This document shows, in pieces, positions 49,506 to 58,585 of a DNA stretch of 64,000 nt. A program made the translations under genes and the position numbers. The notes under the pieces are model-generated. The model searched no databases and was not told the origin of the DNA. It saw only the letters and a list, made by a program, of their open reading frames with translations. The stretch covers positions 29,053-93,052 of the IMG/VR virus record IMGVR_UViG_3300032250_000449, one strand, 5' to 3'. Numbering within the stretch: position 1 is the stretch's first letter; each line of letters begins with the position of its first letter. This DNA comes from a virus. Its lineage: Duplodnaviria; Caudoviricetes.

Positions 49506-50963
49506 TTATGGAATTGATACTGGATCAGAATCAATTGCAAGTGTATAACGAGCAGATGAAGCGATCACTTTACATTTAATTTGATTACCACTATCACCAG
49601 ATGCCACTACATATGAGCTATTAGCAGATGATACCATATCAGTTCCTCTGAACCACTGATAATCATATTTTGTGGGAGTGAATCCTGCCCATATTCCGGC
49701 TGAGCATTGTAGTGTACTTCCAACAGATAAAGAGCCAGATATAATAGGCAAATTAGCAGCAGGGACAGAATAAACAACAGGACCAAGTTCATTTGATTTT
49801 ACCTCAATATATCCAGCTTTATTTTCTCCAACCACTTGACAATAAATCTTAAGGTCTATATCATCAATCGACGGTGAATATGTGAATGAGTTGGCATTGT
49901 AGATAGGATTGCCTTCACGGTACCATTGAGCACTGTATGTCATCTCTGCGTTGCTGGTCCATACACCTGTGTTGCATGATACAGTATTACCTACAATCGC
50001 ATAACCTGAAGAAACTGGTACTTCATCGTTTACTGGTGGAAGAGTATTTGCAAACTCTTCGTTCTGTTTTTTATATGTCTCAAAGACACCACTATCAACA
50101 CTTGCTTGAAAGCTTTCTAAACTGTCTGTGGCAATAGCAGGAGGAATTCCTGTAATACCTTGCATCTGTGTTTGCATTTGACCAATTTGACCAAGACTAT
50201 CATTGGCATTACCTACCAAGTTTGTTTTTAATTGATCAGCCGCTTGTAAGGTATCTTCAACTAGTCGAATAGCAGTAATGGTATCACCAACTGCTTGAAA
50301 TCCCGAAGAGCCAAGATTATTGCATATAATATCTGCAATTTCTTTTGCAATAAAATTTTCAAGAGTTTTTACTGATTGATTTATTTGATTTTGATTAGAT
50401 TGATCTATCATTCTTCTAATATCAACCGCACAAGATTTAAGTCTTGGCAATACATTTTTTACTGTTATTATTAACTCATTGACAGCCTTAATCAATTGTA
50501 AAATTTCTACAGTATATTTAATAAATGCTTCAAGTTGAGGAATAGCAGAGCCAGTAACGAGTTTTCCCAACCATTTAACAATTCCTATAGGTGTTGGGCT
50601 TGGTAAAGATGTAATTGGTAGGTATTGTTTTAATAATTTCAATTGCTCTTCGACTGCTTTTTGTGCTTGTTTTTCAACATCATCTAAATGCTGTTTAACA
50701 ATTAGTCTGAGTGCATTACAATCCGTTACTGATCTAATTTGTTGCGTTAGTTCTGTAATGCGCTTTGTATTAACAACAAGAGTATCTTCTTGATTAATTT
50801 CAATTTTATTTGTGCGTTTTGCTTGACAGCTAGAATTAATTCTACGACCTTCAACTACAATAACATCGTTATCGGTTGCAACAGCATCATAAGACCCAAT
50901 AGTCCCTTGACTATTAAGAAGCGATGATGGTCCAGAACCTGTTTGTGGAGGCAAGCTTGCCAT
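49506..50963 (-). CDS. Hypothetical protein: helical N-terminus plus two C-terminal Ig-like repeats
   Basis: Two repeats P.ISG...VG.TL.C..G.W....Y.YQW.R......Y....D....I.C.V; lies between gp5 and gp25. Confidence 0.6.
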   Translation of the reverse strand: MASLPPQTGSGPSSLLNSQGTIGSYDAVATDNDVIVVEGRRINSSCQAKRTNKIEINQEDTLVVNTKRITELTQQIRSVTDCNALRLIVKQHLDDVEKQAQKAVEEQLKLLKQYLPITSLPSPTPIGIVKWLGKLVTGSAIPQLEAFIKYTVEILQLIKAVNELIITVKNVLPRLKSCAVDIRRMIDQSNQNQINQSVKTLENFIAKEIADIICNNLGSSGFQAVGDTITAIRLVEDTLQAADQLKTNLVGNANDSLGQIGQMQTQMQGITGIPPAIATDSLESFQASVDSGVFETYKKQNEEFANTLPPVNDEVPVSSGYAIVGNTVSCNTGVWTSNAEMTYSAQWYREGNPIYNANSFTYSPSIDDIDLKIYCQVVGENKAGYIEVKSNELGPVVYSVPAANLPIISGSLSVGSTLQCSAGIWAGFTPTKYDYQWFRGTDMVSSANSSYVVASGDSGNQIKCKVIASSARYTLAIDSDPVSIP

Positions 50964-50972
50964 ATTTAACCT

Positions 50973-51869
50973 TTAACCAATTTTTGTTACTACGCCTTTA
51001 TTAACATGTACGGTTTTACCAGATGGCGTTGAGAATGTATCAGTAACGCCTGTGGCCATTGATACAGTACCAATAGTAGTAAAACTGCCTTCAGTTTGAA
51101 TCATGCCACCGGGAGATTCTATATTAATACTCGTGCCAGAATTGATATTAACTCCCATAACACCATTGATATCAATTCTACCAGCAGAGCCTAATATCAT
51201 ATCACCTCGACTAGTAATGGTTGACGTGCCTTCTACAATAGAATTCAAATCACCCTTTACATGAATGTTAGCATTACCTTCAACATATAGATTTTTTTCT
51301 TTACCGACAATTTCAAAGCTATCATCAACGCTTTTAACGATCACTCGTCCATCTTTATTTATTTCAACATATGAACCCTTGCTATGGCGAACATGAATTC
51401 TTTCGTTGTCTGGTGTGTCATCAATTTCAACAATATGACCAGCACGAGTAACAATTGCTCTATTGTATGGATACTTCGCTGCATATGATGAATCTGGTTC
51501 TGGTCCAACTTTATTGTTGACAACCGTCTGTTTCTCTCTGGCAAGGAAAGGAACAGAATGTTGATTTTCATCTTCTCCCGGTAGATAAGGAATAGTACCC
51601 AAGATCATAGGATACTTTTTTTCTTCTCCATCAAGGAAGAAACCAAATACAAAAGAACCCGCTAAAAGGCCGGGAGTGTCACCAATACCTTGAAAGCTAC
51701 CACTGGTTGTAGGCATCATGACAATAGCGTCTGGTAGTCTCTCAGTAGGCAAATCTTCATGAATACCAAAGGCACGTACTTTTACTCCACCAAGTCTCAT
51801 ATCATCTGTTGTGTTATCTTCTACAACACCAACAAACCAACGAAATCCTTGCTGTCCCATTTTAATCAT
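50973..51869 (-). CDS. gp5: Baseplate central spike (OB fold plus beta-helix, no lysozyme domain)
   Basis: WFVGVVED...GVKVRAFGIH, VFGFFLDG...PMILG, YPYN...T.AGH..EIDDTP.NERIH..H.KGSY.EI. Confidence 0.92.
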   Translation of the reverse strand: MIKMGQQGFRWFVGVVEDNTTDDMRLGGVKVRAFGIHEDLPTERLPDAIVMMPTTSGSFQGIGDTPGLLAGSFVFGFFLDGEEKKYPMILGTIPYLPGEDENQHSVPFLAREKQTVVNNKVGPEPDSSYAAKYPYNRAIVTRAGHIVEIDDTPDNERIHVRHSKGSYVEINKDGRVIVKSVDDSFEIVGKEKNLYVEGNANIHVKGDLNSIVEGTSTITSRGDMILGSAGRIDINGVMGVNINSGTSINIESPGGMIQTEGSFTTIGTVSMATGVTDTFSTPSGKTVHVNKGVVTKIG

Positions 51870-53221
51870 TATGCGGTCTCCGATAGATTGTTCTTGACAA
51901 TTTCAAGTGAAATAGTGTGTTGTGGTCTATCGCCTAATAGAATAATATGTCTTAATCTTGTGATTAAATAGTTTCCACTGTCAAGTCGGGAAACACCTGT
52001 CTGATCATCAAAGCTTGATGCTGAAGGAAAAGTACACTTAATCATATCACCAACTGTAAGCTCGCTATCACCATATATGTGGATTTGTGTAATGTTTGAT
52101 GTTAGGAACTGTATAAATGCCTGTCGTGATGCAAAAGCTTCTACAAGCGGTGTTTTAGAACGGCTTGAAAATATTGGTAGAAAATTAAATGCAGTTGGAG
52201 TTTTTACCTTGCCCGCTACACGAACTTCATTTGTACTATTTGGAAATGCGGCGCTGTCGTCCATTTTTTGAAACTTCTCAAGGTTTGCTACAAAAACTGC
52301 TTGTCTTTGTCCAGCCGTCTGCATATTGGTTGATGTTGCAGTACCACTAAACCCGCCGCCACTTCTTTTAGAAATTGCTGTAGATTGTCCTACTTGATTA
52401 TACGCAAGAATGTTTCGAACATTTACGTCTTCTATTCGCTCTTTTCTGACAGCATCATAAAAGAATTCTTTGTCTGATAAACCACTCTCTAATTGTTTTC
52501 TTCCTCTTTCAATTAGTTTTTCGTATGTGGTAAAGTGATAACCATTTCTATTTTCAAAAAACACATAAGCGTGTGAAAGATATCGATCAGAGATTGAATA
52601 TTCTAATAGTGAATGAATGGCTTTAAATGGTTTCTGTTTAAAAATAGGGTATAAGTCGATACCAATAGTCTTGTCAATCTCAATTTTCTTATCAGTTTTA
52701 ATATATTCTTCCATGATATTTTTTACAATATCAGATATATTATCATTAAAATCTTTGTCAACCAAACGATTTGAATTAGTAACCAACTCAGCACTTACAC
52801 ATTGCAGTGTATATGACATTGTTTTTTGATTCTCGTTAATAACTTTGTTTTTGACTTCGTTTACATGAAATACATATCTTGTAGGGTTTCCCGGATTTTT
52901 TGGCGTCTCAAATGAGATTGTTACAATCTCCTCTAATATGATAGGAAACTCTTGAAGAAGTCTTCTGCTATCAGATATGGCCAGTTCACAGAAAATACCG
53001 GGACAATGAATGCTTTCATAGATATCAATACCAGTACAGACACCTATCAAAGTTTCTTTACGCTGATTATCTTTACTTGAAAGAGTGATATCGATGATAG
53101 TAATATCACCAGCAATAATGTCTGTATCGGCACCTTTATTCACGATAATAGGCTGTGCAGCATTTATATTGTTTCGAAGAATGTTTTCGACACCGTTGAA
53201 AACGTCATTAAAAAAACTCAT
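51869..53221 (-). CDS. Putative baseplate hub protein (gp27-like)
   Basis: IDIYESI, YVFFENRNGYHF, IYGDSELTVGDMI, SGNYLITRLRH; between gp53 and gp5. Confidence 0.7.
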   Translation of the reverse strand: MSFFNDVFNGVENILRNNINAAQPIIVNKGADTDIIAGDITIIDITLSSKDNQRKETLIGVCTGIDIYESIHCPGIFCELAISDSRRLLQEFPIILEEIVTISFETPKNPGNPTRYVFHVNEVKNKVINENQKTMSYTLQCVSAELVTNSNRLVDKDFNDNISDIVKNIMEEYIKTDKKIEIDKTIGIDLYPIFKQKPFKAIHSLLEYSISDRYLSHAYVFFENRNGYHFTTYEKLIERGRKQLESGLSDKEFFYDAVRKERIEDVNVRNILAYNQVGQSTAISKRSGGGFSGTATSTNMQTAGQRQAVFVANLEKFQKMDDSAAFPNSTNEVRVAGKVKTPTAFNFLPIFSSRSKTPLVEAFASRQAFIQFLTSNITQIHIYGDSELTVGDMIKCTFPSASSFDDQTGVSRLDSGNYLITRLRHIILLGDRPQHTISLEIVKNNLSETA

Positions 53222-54063
53222 TAATTAATACTCATCAATCTTTTAAGTTCTGATTCAGCCTGACCTTTATAACGAGCATCAAGCAGCTTAATATTCTTTT
53301 TGTCTTCATTTATTTCACGTTCATGATCAAAATATGATATTGGTTCCCAATATGCAACATCTGTAAATGCAATTGTTTCTACAATAGTGTTTACAGATGT
53401 GATTGTGCCATATGCTCCACTGTCTTTACCAGTAATTGTATCATCAATCGAGAATGTTCCATTCACATGTTGACATGTAATAGTTCTTCCATCAACCAGC
53501 GTAACAAAAGCATAGTTTGTGCCGTTTACCTGAATTTCTTCTCCAACTGTAAAGTTTCCATTGACAGTTGCCAGTTCAATTGTTATAATTTTGTTTGTGT
53601 TTGTTGTGTCAGTATAATCTTTTCTTTTATAACCACTTATATTGCTATAATTATCAAAGATTGGTTCATAATACTTCATAAAGCGAGGCACTAGTGAATT
53701 ATATTCAGATACGCTAATACGTGTCTCACTATTTTGAGTCGTTCTGTAAAAAGCAATTTTTCTCATGGCTCTTTCGACACTACCATACTTATTAATTAGA
53801 TAGTTGTTGAAATCGTCTTCAGTTAATGGCATAGAGTAATATGGATCAATTGTATTGTTAGCCATCCAGATTAACCAAGTGTAACCGGGATTATCATAAT
53901 AGTGTTGTGATAAAGTATCAACACGATCAGTTTCATCCATAATATATGGATAAAAGGCTGTTCTATTATTCATAGTTTGATCAGATAACTTGGCACGAGT
54001 TAGCAAATTTTTTGCTACTTGTCCGTCATATGTAATTGTCGGAATTTTGTTGAAGTAATTCAT
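53221..54063 (-). CDS. gp53: Baseplate wedge component
   Basis: YFNKIPTITY, DRVDTLS..YY....WLIWMANN.IDPY, YFDHEREINEDKKNIKLL. Confidence 0.9.
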   Translation of the reverse strand: MNYFNKIPTITYDGQVAKNLLTRAKLSDQTMNNRTAFYPYIMDETDRVDTLSQHYYDNPGYTWLIWMANNTIDPYYSMPLTEDDFNNYLINKYGSVERAMRKIAFYRTTQNSETRISVSEYNSLVPRFMKYYEPIFDNYSNISGYKRKDYTDTTNTNKIITIELATVNGNFTVGEEIQVNGTNYAFVTLVDGRTITCQHVNGTFSIDDTITGKDSGAYGTITSVNTIVETIAFTDVAYWEPISYFDHEREINEDKKNIKLLDARYKGQAESELKRLMSIN

Positions 54064-55070
54064 AATGTTCCTGTTAATGCCTGTGCTCCAAACAAGATTG
54101 CTTGCCCGGTTATAGTACCAAATGCCTGTATTGCTCTTATTTCTCCTCTTTCGACCAATTGAAAATAAGTTTCACCTTCTCTTTCTGAACCCCAATCGTG
54201 AGAAAGCATATATTCAATTTCACTAAATCCAATTGAAAGACGTATAGCAACTGGTTTTCCGTCAGCAAAAAAGGCAGGAGAATTTGAAGGATTGTAGTCT
54301 ACACTAACATTATTCATAACACATTTTTTAATTCTTATAATAGAAGTTTCTGAATTCCATCCATAATTTTCTTCAAGGCCACCATTATCCCACGGATAAA
54401 AGTTTAATTGAACCATGTCTGGATAATTAAGAATTGCAGCGCCTTCACTAGTTGTTGCTTTTGGTAATGAGGCTCTTTTTAAAATATTAATAATTTTGTG
54501 TATTCTGTCACTTTCCTCTTTACTTGCTGGAAAAAATGTCCATGTGAATTGAAATTCACGAAGGTTTGGTCCTTGAAAGGCAACGGATGGGTTTGGATTT
54601 GGTGATGCACCCATCATTTGTTCAAAAGCTGTTTGTATTTTATCAGGAGGAAATGCATCCCTAACGCCTTGATTGAATGCACCACCAATACGATCACCAA
54701 TATCTCTATTACCAATCGCTTCTGCTATAGCGCCAACACCAGAGCCAAGAAAATTTCCAGCAGCAGTCGATGCTATAGAACCAATACCTCTAGAACCAAT
54801 CCCAACAACGCCACCTTTAAAATCACCATTTAAAAAATCACCAACAGATTCTAATTCAACGCCATTATATTTTACTGATGTATTATCTTGTAGAATATCA
54901 GGAAGAGGAAGATCAAGTCTTGTGTCTATTTTAAATTTAGAGCTTGCAAACGGTGTTGGTCTTTCATACTTACCAATGAGTAATCGACAATGGTATTTGC
55001 CAAGCATAGAACCTGCTACGCCATCGTTTACAATGTCTTCAGGTTTTATTGTTATAGGTACTGATGCCAT
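54060..55070 (-). CDS. gp48: Baseplate tail-tube cap
   Basis: LPLP..LQD, NPNPSVAFQGPNLREFQFTWTFFP.SKEES, CVMNNVSVDY.P, P.AIRLSIGFSEIE. Confidence 0.88.
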   Translation of the reverse strand: MASVPITIKPEDIVNDGVAGSMLGKYHCRLLIGKYERPTPFASSKFKIDTRLDLPLPDILQDNTSVKYNGVELESVGDFLNGDFKGGVVGIGSRGIGSIASTAAGNFLGSGVGAIAEAIGNRDIGDRIGGAFNQGVRDAFPPDKIQTAFEQMMGASPNPNPSVAFQGPNLREFQFTWTFFPASKEESDRIHKIINILKRASLPKATTSEGAAILNYPDMVQLNFYPWDNGGLEENYGWNSETSIIRIKKCVMNNVSVDYNPSNSPAFFADGKPVAIRLSIGFSEIEYMLSHDWGSEREGETYFQLVERGEIRAIQAFGTITGQAILFGAQALTGTL

Positions 55071-55073
55071 TTT

Positions 55074-55469
55074 TTACACTGCCGTATATGAAATAAACTT
55101 TTGATTGCTCTTTGCATTAGCAATCTTAGTTTCTGGGTTAACATCATCTATATATACTTGAACACTTTCATTGCGAGTTCTACGAAGCGAAGGAAGACTA
55201 GAAGCAGCAACTCTTGATGGTGACTTTCCAGCAAGAGCAAAGTATTCATCAGGCGAACCAGATAAAATGGTGTCTGTTTTTTGTGTAGAGAATGCTTCCA
55301 CACTATCAAATGAAGCACCAATATTAAATAGTGATTGTGCAGTCGTCTTAGCAATCAGTTGTGCATTGCGTGAACCGCCAGAAATAGCAGTGTTTGTAGC
55401 GTTATCTACGATACGATCTACTATAGTTTTTGCAGTACTTTTGACAAAGTTTCCTACATTAAAAGCCAT
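55074..55469 (-). CDS. Hypothetical protein
   Basis: 131-aa ORF with AAGGA SD, first gene after the minus-strand late promoter. Confidence 0.6.
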   Translation of the reverse strand: MAFNVGNFVKSTAKTIVDRIVDNATNTAISGGSRNAQLIAKTTAQSLFNIGASFDSVEAFSTQKTDTILSGSPDEYFALAGKSPSRVAASSLPSLRRTRNESVQVYIDDVNPETKIANAKSNQKFISYTAV

Positions 55470-55489
55470 TTTTAATCCTTAAATTCTTT

Positions 55490-55516
55490 TATAAATATAC
55501 TTGTAATGTATTTATA
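55490..55516. promoter_or_regulatory. Face-to-face pair of late promoters at the strand switch
   Basis: TATAAATA on + at 55490-55497 and on - at 55509-55516, between divergent operons. Confidence 0.85.
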
Positions 55517-55553
55517 TGACTTTTTTAAGGTCAAACAAATAAATATATGTAAT

Positions 55554-55605
55554 GTAGGTCACGGACTGCCATCCTACCTACTCTAATTCTATACAGGAGA
55601 ATCAG
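55554..55605 (+). promoter_or_regulatory. Candidate structured leader RNA (two hairpins, second covering the SD)
   Basis: GTAGGT-cac-GGA-ctgcca-TCC-t-ACCTAC then CT-a-ATTCT-atacagg-AGAAT-c-AG; preceded by AATAAATA at 55538-55545. Confidence 0.55.
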
Positions 55606-55607
55606 CT

Positions 55608-56027
55608 ATGAGTATTTATTGTATTGTATGCAACAAATCTGTTAAAAATATAAGATCATTGTCAGCACACATAAGACAAAAGCATCAAATAAAATCTGAA
55701 AATTATTACACCACATTTTTACAAAAAGATCAAGATGAAAATAAATGTAAAATATGTGGTAATGATACTTCATTTATTGGTCTAGGAGAAGGATTTAATA
55801 TCACATGCGGGCATGTGTGTGGAGGAATATATCATAGAAAAAATCTAAACGATGATATTTTAAAATCAAATAAATTTAAAAATAAAGTTTGTATTAATAT
55901 GAAAAAAGAATGGGCTATACGAAAAGATAATGGTCAAATAGATGTTATACGAAAAAAATATATCAAGTGGTCTCAATCACATGATTTCAGGAATGACGAA
56001 AGAACAGAAATTAAAAAGATACAGTAG
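55608..56027 (+). CDS. Zinc-finger protein resembling a homing-endonuclease DNA-binding region; likely frameshifted N-terminus of the gp4 ORF
   Basis: CIVC...HIRQKH and CKICG...CGHVC motifs; AGGAGA SD; very AT-rich; overlaps the next ORF across an A7 run. Confidence 0.7.
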   Translation: MSIYCIVCNKSVKNIRSLSAHIRQKHQIKSENYYTTFLQKDQDENKCKICGNDTSFIGLGEGFNITCGHVCGGIYHRKNLNDDILKSNKFKNKVCINMKKEWAIRKDNGQIDVIRKKYIKWSQSHDFRNDERTEIKKIQ

Positions 56028-56562
56028 ATATCATAAATGCTCAGATGAAAAAATAAAAGAATTAAATGATCAAGGAAGAAATCAGTTATTGTTAAATCAT
56101 AAACAAGGCAAATCAGGATATAGTACAAATATGAAAGGAAAATTCTCCCCCAACAACCCACATAAATATAAAGGCGATGTTACTAATATAATTTACAGAA
56201 GCTCATGGGAGCTTAAATTGCTTATGTATTTAGATAAACATCCTAGTATTTTAGAATACTCTTCAGAAGAAATTGTTGTTCCATATAGATCACCAATCGA
56301 TAATAAAATTCATAGATATTTTGTTGATTTTTTTGTTAAAAAACAAAATGCAGATGGCAGCATTGAAAATTGTCTAATTGAAGTAAAGCCTGATGCACAA
56401 ACCAAGCCGCCAAAAGTTAAGAATAAACCAACAAAGCGTTATATCACTGAAGTACAAACATGGGGCGTAAATTCTGCTAAATGGGAAGCAGCAAGAGAAT
56501 ATTGTAAAGATCGTGGATGGAATTTCTATATTTTTACAGAATATCATTTAGGTATTAAATAA
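55942..56562 (+). CDS. gp4: Head completion nuclease (TnsA-like PD-(D/E)xK) with N-terminal extension
   Basis: KGKFSPNNPHKYKGD...YRSSWE...SEEIVVPY.SPIDNK.HRYFVDF...IEVKP...NSAKWEAA. Canonical core begins near ATG 56131. Confidence 0.92.
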   Translation: MLYEKNISSGLNHMISGMTKEQKLKRYSRYHKCSDEKIKELNDQGRNQLLLNHKQGKSGYSTNMKGKFSPNNPHKYKGDVTNIIYRSSWELKLLMYLDKHPSILEYSSEEIVVPYRSPIDNKIHRYFVDFFVKKQNADGSIENCLIEVKPDAQTKPPKVKNKPTKRYITEVQTWGVNSAKWEAAREYCKDRGWNFYIFTEYHLGIK

Positions 56563-56602
56563 ATTTTAACTAAAAAAAAAAAGAACTAGGATTGACCTTT
56601 AA

Positions 56603-57205
56603 ATGGCAAATATTTTTGATACATTACTAGACAACGGTGTAAGACGTGGGATAATTCCTGCGAAGACTGAAGCTTCTCGTAAATGGTATAGAGACACCGC
56701 TATGCAATATACTCGCTATCGTGGCGAGAGAGGGCTTATGCGTTCCGATTACAATCGTCTCACCAAGAGAATTCGTCCCGGCAATTTGTATATGTACTTT
56801 TATGATGCAAAATATAAAGAAGAACTACCATATTGGGATATGTTTCCAATGATATTTCCTTTTCGTGTTTTGCCAGATAGATTTTGGGGTATTAACCTTC
56901 ACTATCTTCCTTTATCATATCGTGCTAAGTTAATGGATGCTCTTTATCAGACCAGAACAAATAGTCGTTATGACGAAACAACCAGATTACGTATTAGTTA
57001 TCAAATACTATCAAGTGCTGCAAAGTTTAGATATTTTGAGCCTTGTGTCAAACAGTATCTTTTTACACAAATGAAATCACAATTTTTCTATATTCAACCT
57101 GAAGAATGGGATGTTGCACTATTCCTTCCACTCGAAAGATTCCAAAAGAAGTCAAAGACACAAGTATTTGCCGAATCAAGAAAACAGATTGCCGGGAGCA
57201 AATAA
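56603..57205 (+). CDS. gp2: DNA end protector protein
   Basis: SRKWY, PGNLYMYFYDAKYKEELPYWDMFP, GINLHYLP, PCVKQYL, W..ALFLP.ERF. Confidence 0.93.
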   Translation: MANIFDTLLDNGVRRGIIPAKTEASRKWYRDTAMQYTRYRGERGLMRSDYNRLTKRIRPGNLYMYFYDAKYKEELPYWDMFPMIFPFRVLPDRFWGINLHYLPLSYRAKLMDALYQTRTNSRYDETTRLRISYQILSSAAKFRYFEPCVKQYLFTQMKSQFFYIQPEEWDVALFLPLERFQKKSKTQVFAESRKQIAGSK

Positions 57206-57855
57206 TGAATATTAAAGAATTCAGATCAGAAATTAATTCTAATGGTATTCTACTTCCTACTAAATTTTTAGTGGAATTCTCTCCACCACCAAGTCTTAAA
57301 AAATTATATCCAGCTATTCAAAATCAGCTAAGTCTTCGTTGTGAGCAAATTTGGTGGCCGGGTGTATCATTTTCTACAATGGATTCTCCACCAAGACTAG
57401 GATACGGTGCTTCTGAAACTATACCATTTACTCCTATATTTGAAGATATATCGATGAATTTTATTGTTGATGAACACGCAAATATACATAAATTTTTCTT
57501 TGATTGGATGAACAGTATTGTCAACTTAGAAAGCAGAGGTCAAAGCCTTTATAAAGGAAGTCAATCAAAGAAACCCGCATTTGAAGTTGGATATAAAAAT
57601 GAATATGTGACAGACATACATATAAGTGTCTATAGAGAAAATGGAACAAGTCAAGAGTTTTCTCCAATGAAGATTACTCTTTATAGAGCATTTCCACGCA
57701 TTCTAAACGGATATCAATTAGATTGGGCGGGAGGCGATCAGCTATTAAAATTAAGTGCTATATTTACATATACAGATTATTTTGTCGATTATCAACAACA
57801 CAATGAAAAACCACATGGTTTGCAATCACATGATAGCAAACTCAATAGTCATTAA
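57205..57855 (+). CDS. gp54: Baseplate tail-tube initiator (gp54-like, gp19-fold paralog)
   Basis: Start moved to ATG 57205 (TAATG overlap with the gp2 stop); LRCE...PG, FFFDWMN.I, L..AFP.....LDW, FTY. Confidence 0.75.
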   Translation: MNIKEFRSEINSNGILLPTKFLVEFSPPPSLKKLYPAIQNQLSLRCEQIWWPGVSFSTMDSPPRLGYGASETIPFTPIFEDISMNFIVDEHANIHKFFFDWMNSIVNLESRGQSLYKGSQSKKPAFEVGYKNEYVTDIHISVYRENGTSQEFSPMKITLYRAFPRILNGYQLDWAGGDQLLKLSAIFTYTDYFVDYQQHNEKPHGLQSHDSKLNSH

Positions 57856-57877
57856 TAATTAAAAGTGAGATAATATT

Positions 57878-58585
57878 ATGCCATTACCTAAAATACAAAA
57901 ACCACTATTTGATCTATTTGTACCATCAATGAACAAGTCTGTAAAGGCTCGTCCTTTTGTCGTTCGTGAAGAAAAAATTCTTTTGACTGCACAACAATCA
58001 GGAGAAGAAAAAGACATTATTCTTGCTATCAAACAGGTACTCAATAACTGTATTGTTGACGAATTCGACGTTGATAATTTAGCAACATTCGATCTAGAAT
58101 ATATGTTCCTTAAGTTACGTGCACGTTCTGTTAACAACGTAATCGACATATCTTATCGTGACAATGAAGATAATAAAGTATATGATTTTAAGATTGATCT
58201 AGATGAAGTCAAGCTTAAAGTCAACGAAAACATTTCAAACATTATCAAGGTTACTGATAGTATTGGTATCAAGATGAAGTATCCATCAGTTACTATTCTT
58301 GATAATGTACCTGAGACTGATAATACTGGTGATATAGTCGATTATCTCATCAAGAGTTGTGTTGATCAAATTTTTGATGAAGACAGTGTATATCCTATTA
58401 CTGATCATACTGATGACGAACTAAATGAGTTTCTCGATAGCATTGACATTGAAACATTCAACAAAATTCGTGATTTTTTTGAAAATCTTCCACAGATGTA
58501 TCATAAACTTGAATATACAAATGCCAATGGAAATGTTCGTACAATCGAACTTACTACGTTAAGTGATTTTTTTATCTGGGGCTGA
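57878..58585 (+). CDS. gp26: Baseplate hub assembly chaperone
   Basis: MPLPKI..P, RPFVVREEKILL.A, FDLEYMFLKLRARSV, GIKMKYP, FFENLP, ends LSDFFIWG. Confidence 0.92.
   Translation: MPLPKIQKPLFDLFVPSMNKSVKARPFVVREEKILLTAQQSGEEKDIILAIKQVLNNCIVDEFDVDNLATFDLEYMFLKLRARSVNNVIDISYRDNEDNKVYDFKIDLDEVKLKVNENISNIIKVTDSIGIKMKYPSVTILDNVPETDNTGDIVDYLIKSCVDQIFDEDSVYPITDHTDDELNEFLDSIDIETFNKIRDFFENLPQMYHKLEYTNANGNVRTIELTTLSDFFIWG

Noticed and set aside
55068-55076. Stop-codon readthrough fusing the 131-aa ORF to gp48 (TAA AAA ATG in frame)
   Set aside because: In-frame spacing has a one-in-three chance, TAA is rarely read through, and there is no other support.
55554-55605. Self-cleaving ribozyme (hammerhead or HDV-like) in the leader
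   Set aside because: Core consensus elements (CUGAnGA/GAAA, nested double pseudoknot) could not be placed on either strand.
56572-56582. A11 run as phase-variation switch
   Set aside because: Intergenic, with no promoter spacing evidently affected; may simply reflect AT richness or homopolymer error.
57106-57204. Longer start for the gp54-like ORF
   Set aside because: Overlaps gp2 by 100 nt; TAATG coupling at 57203-57207 is more plausible.
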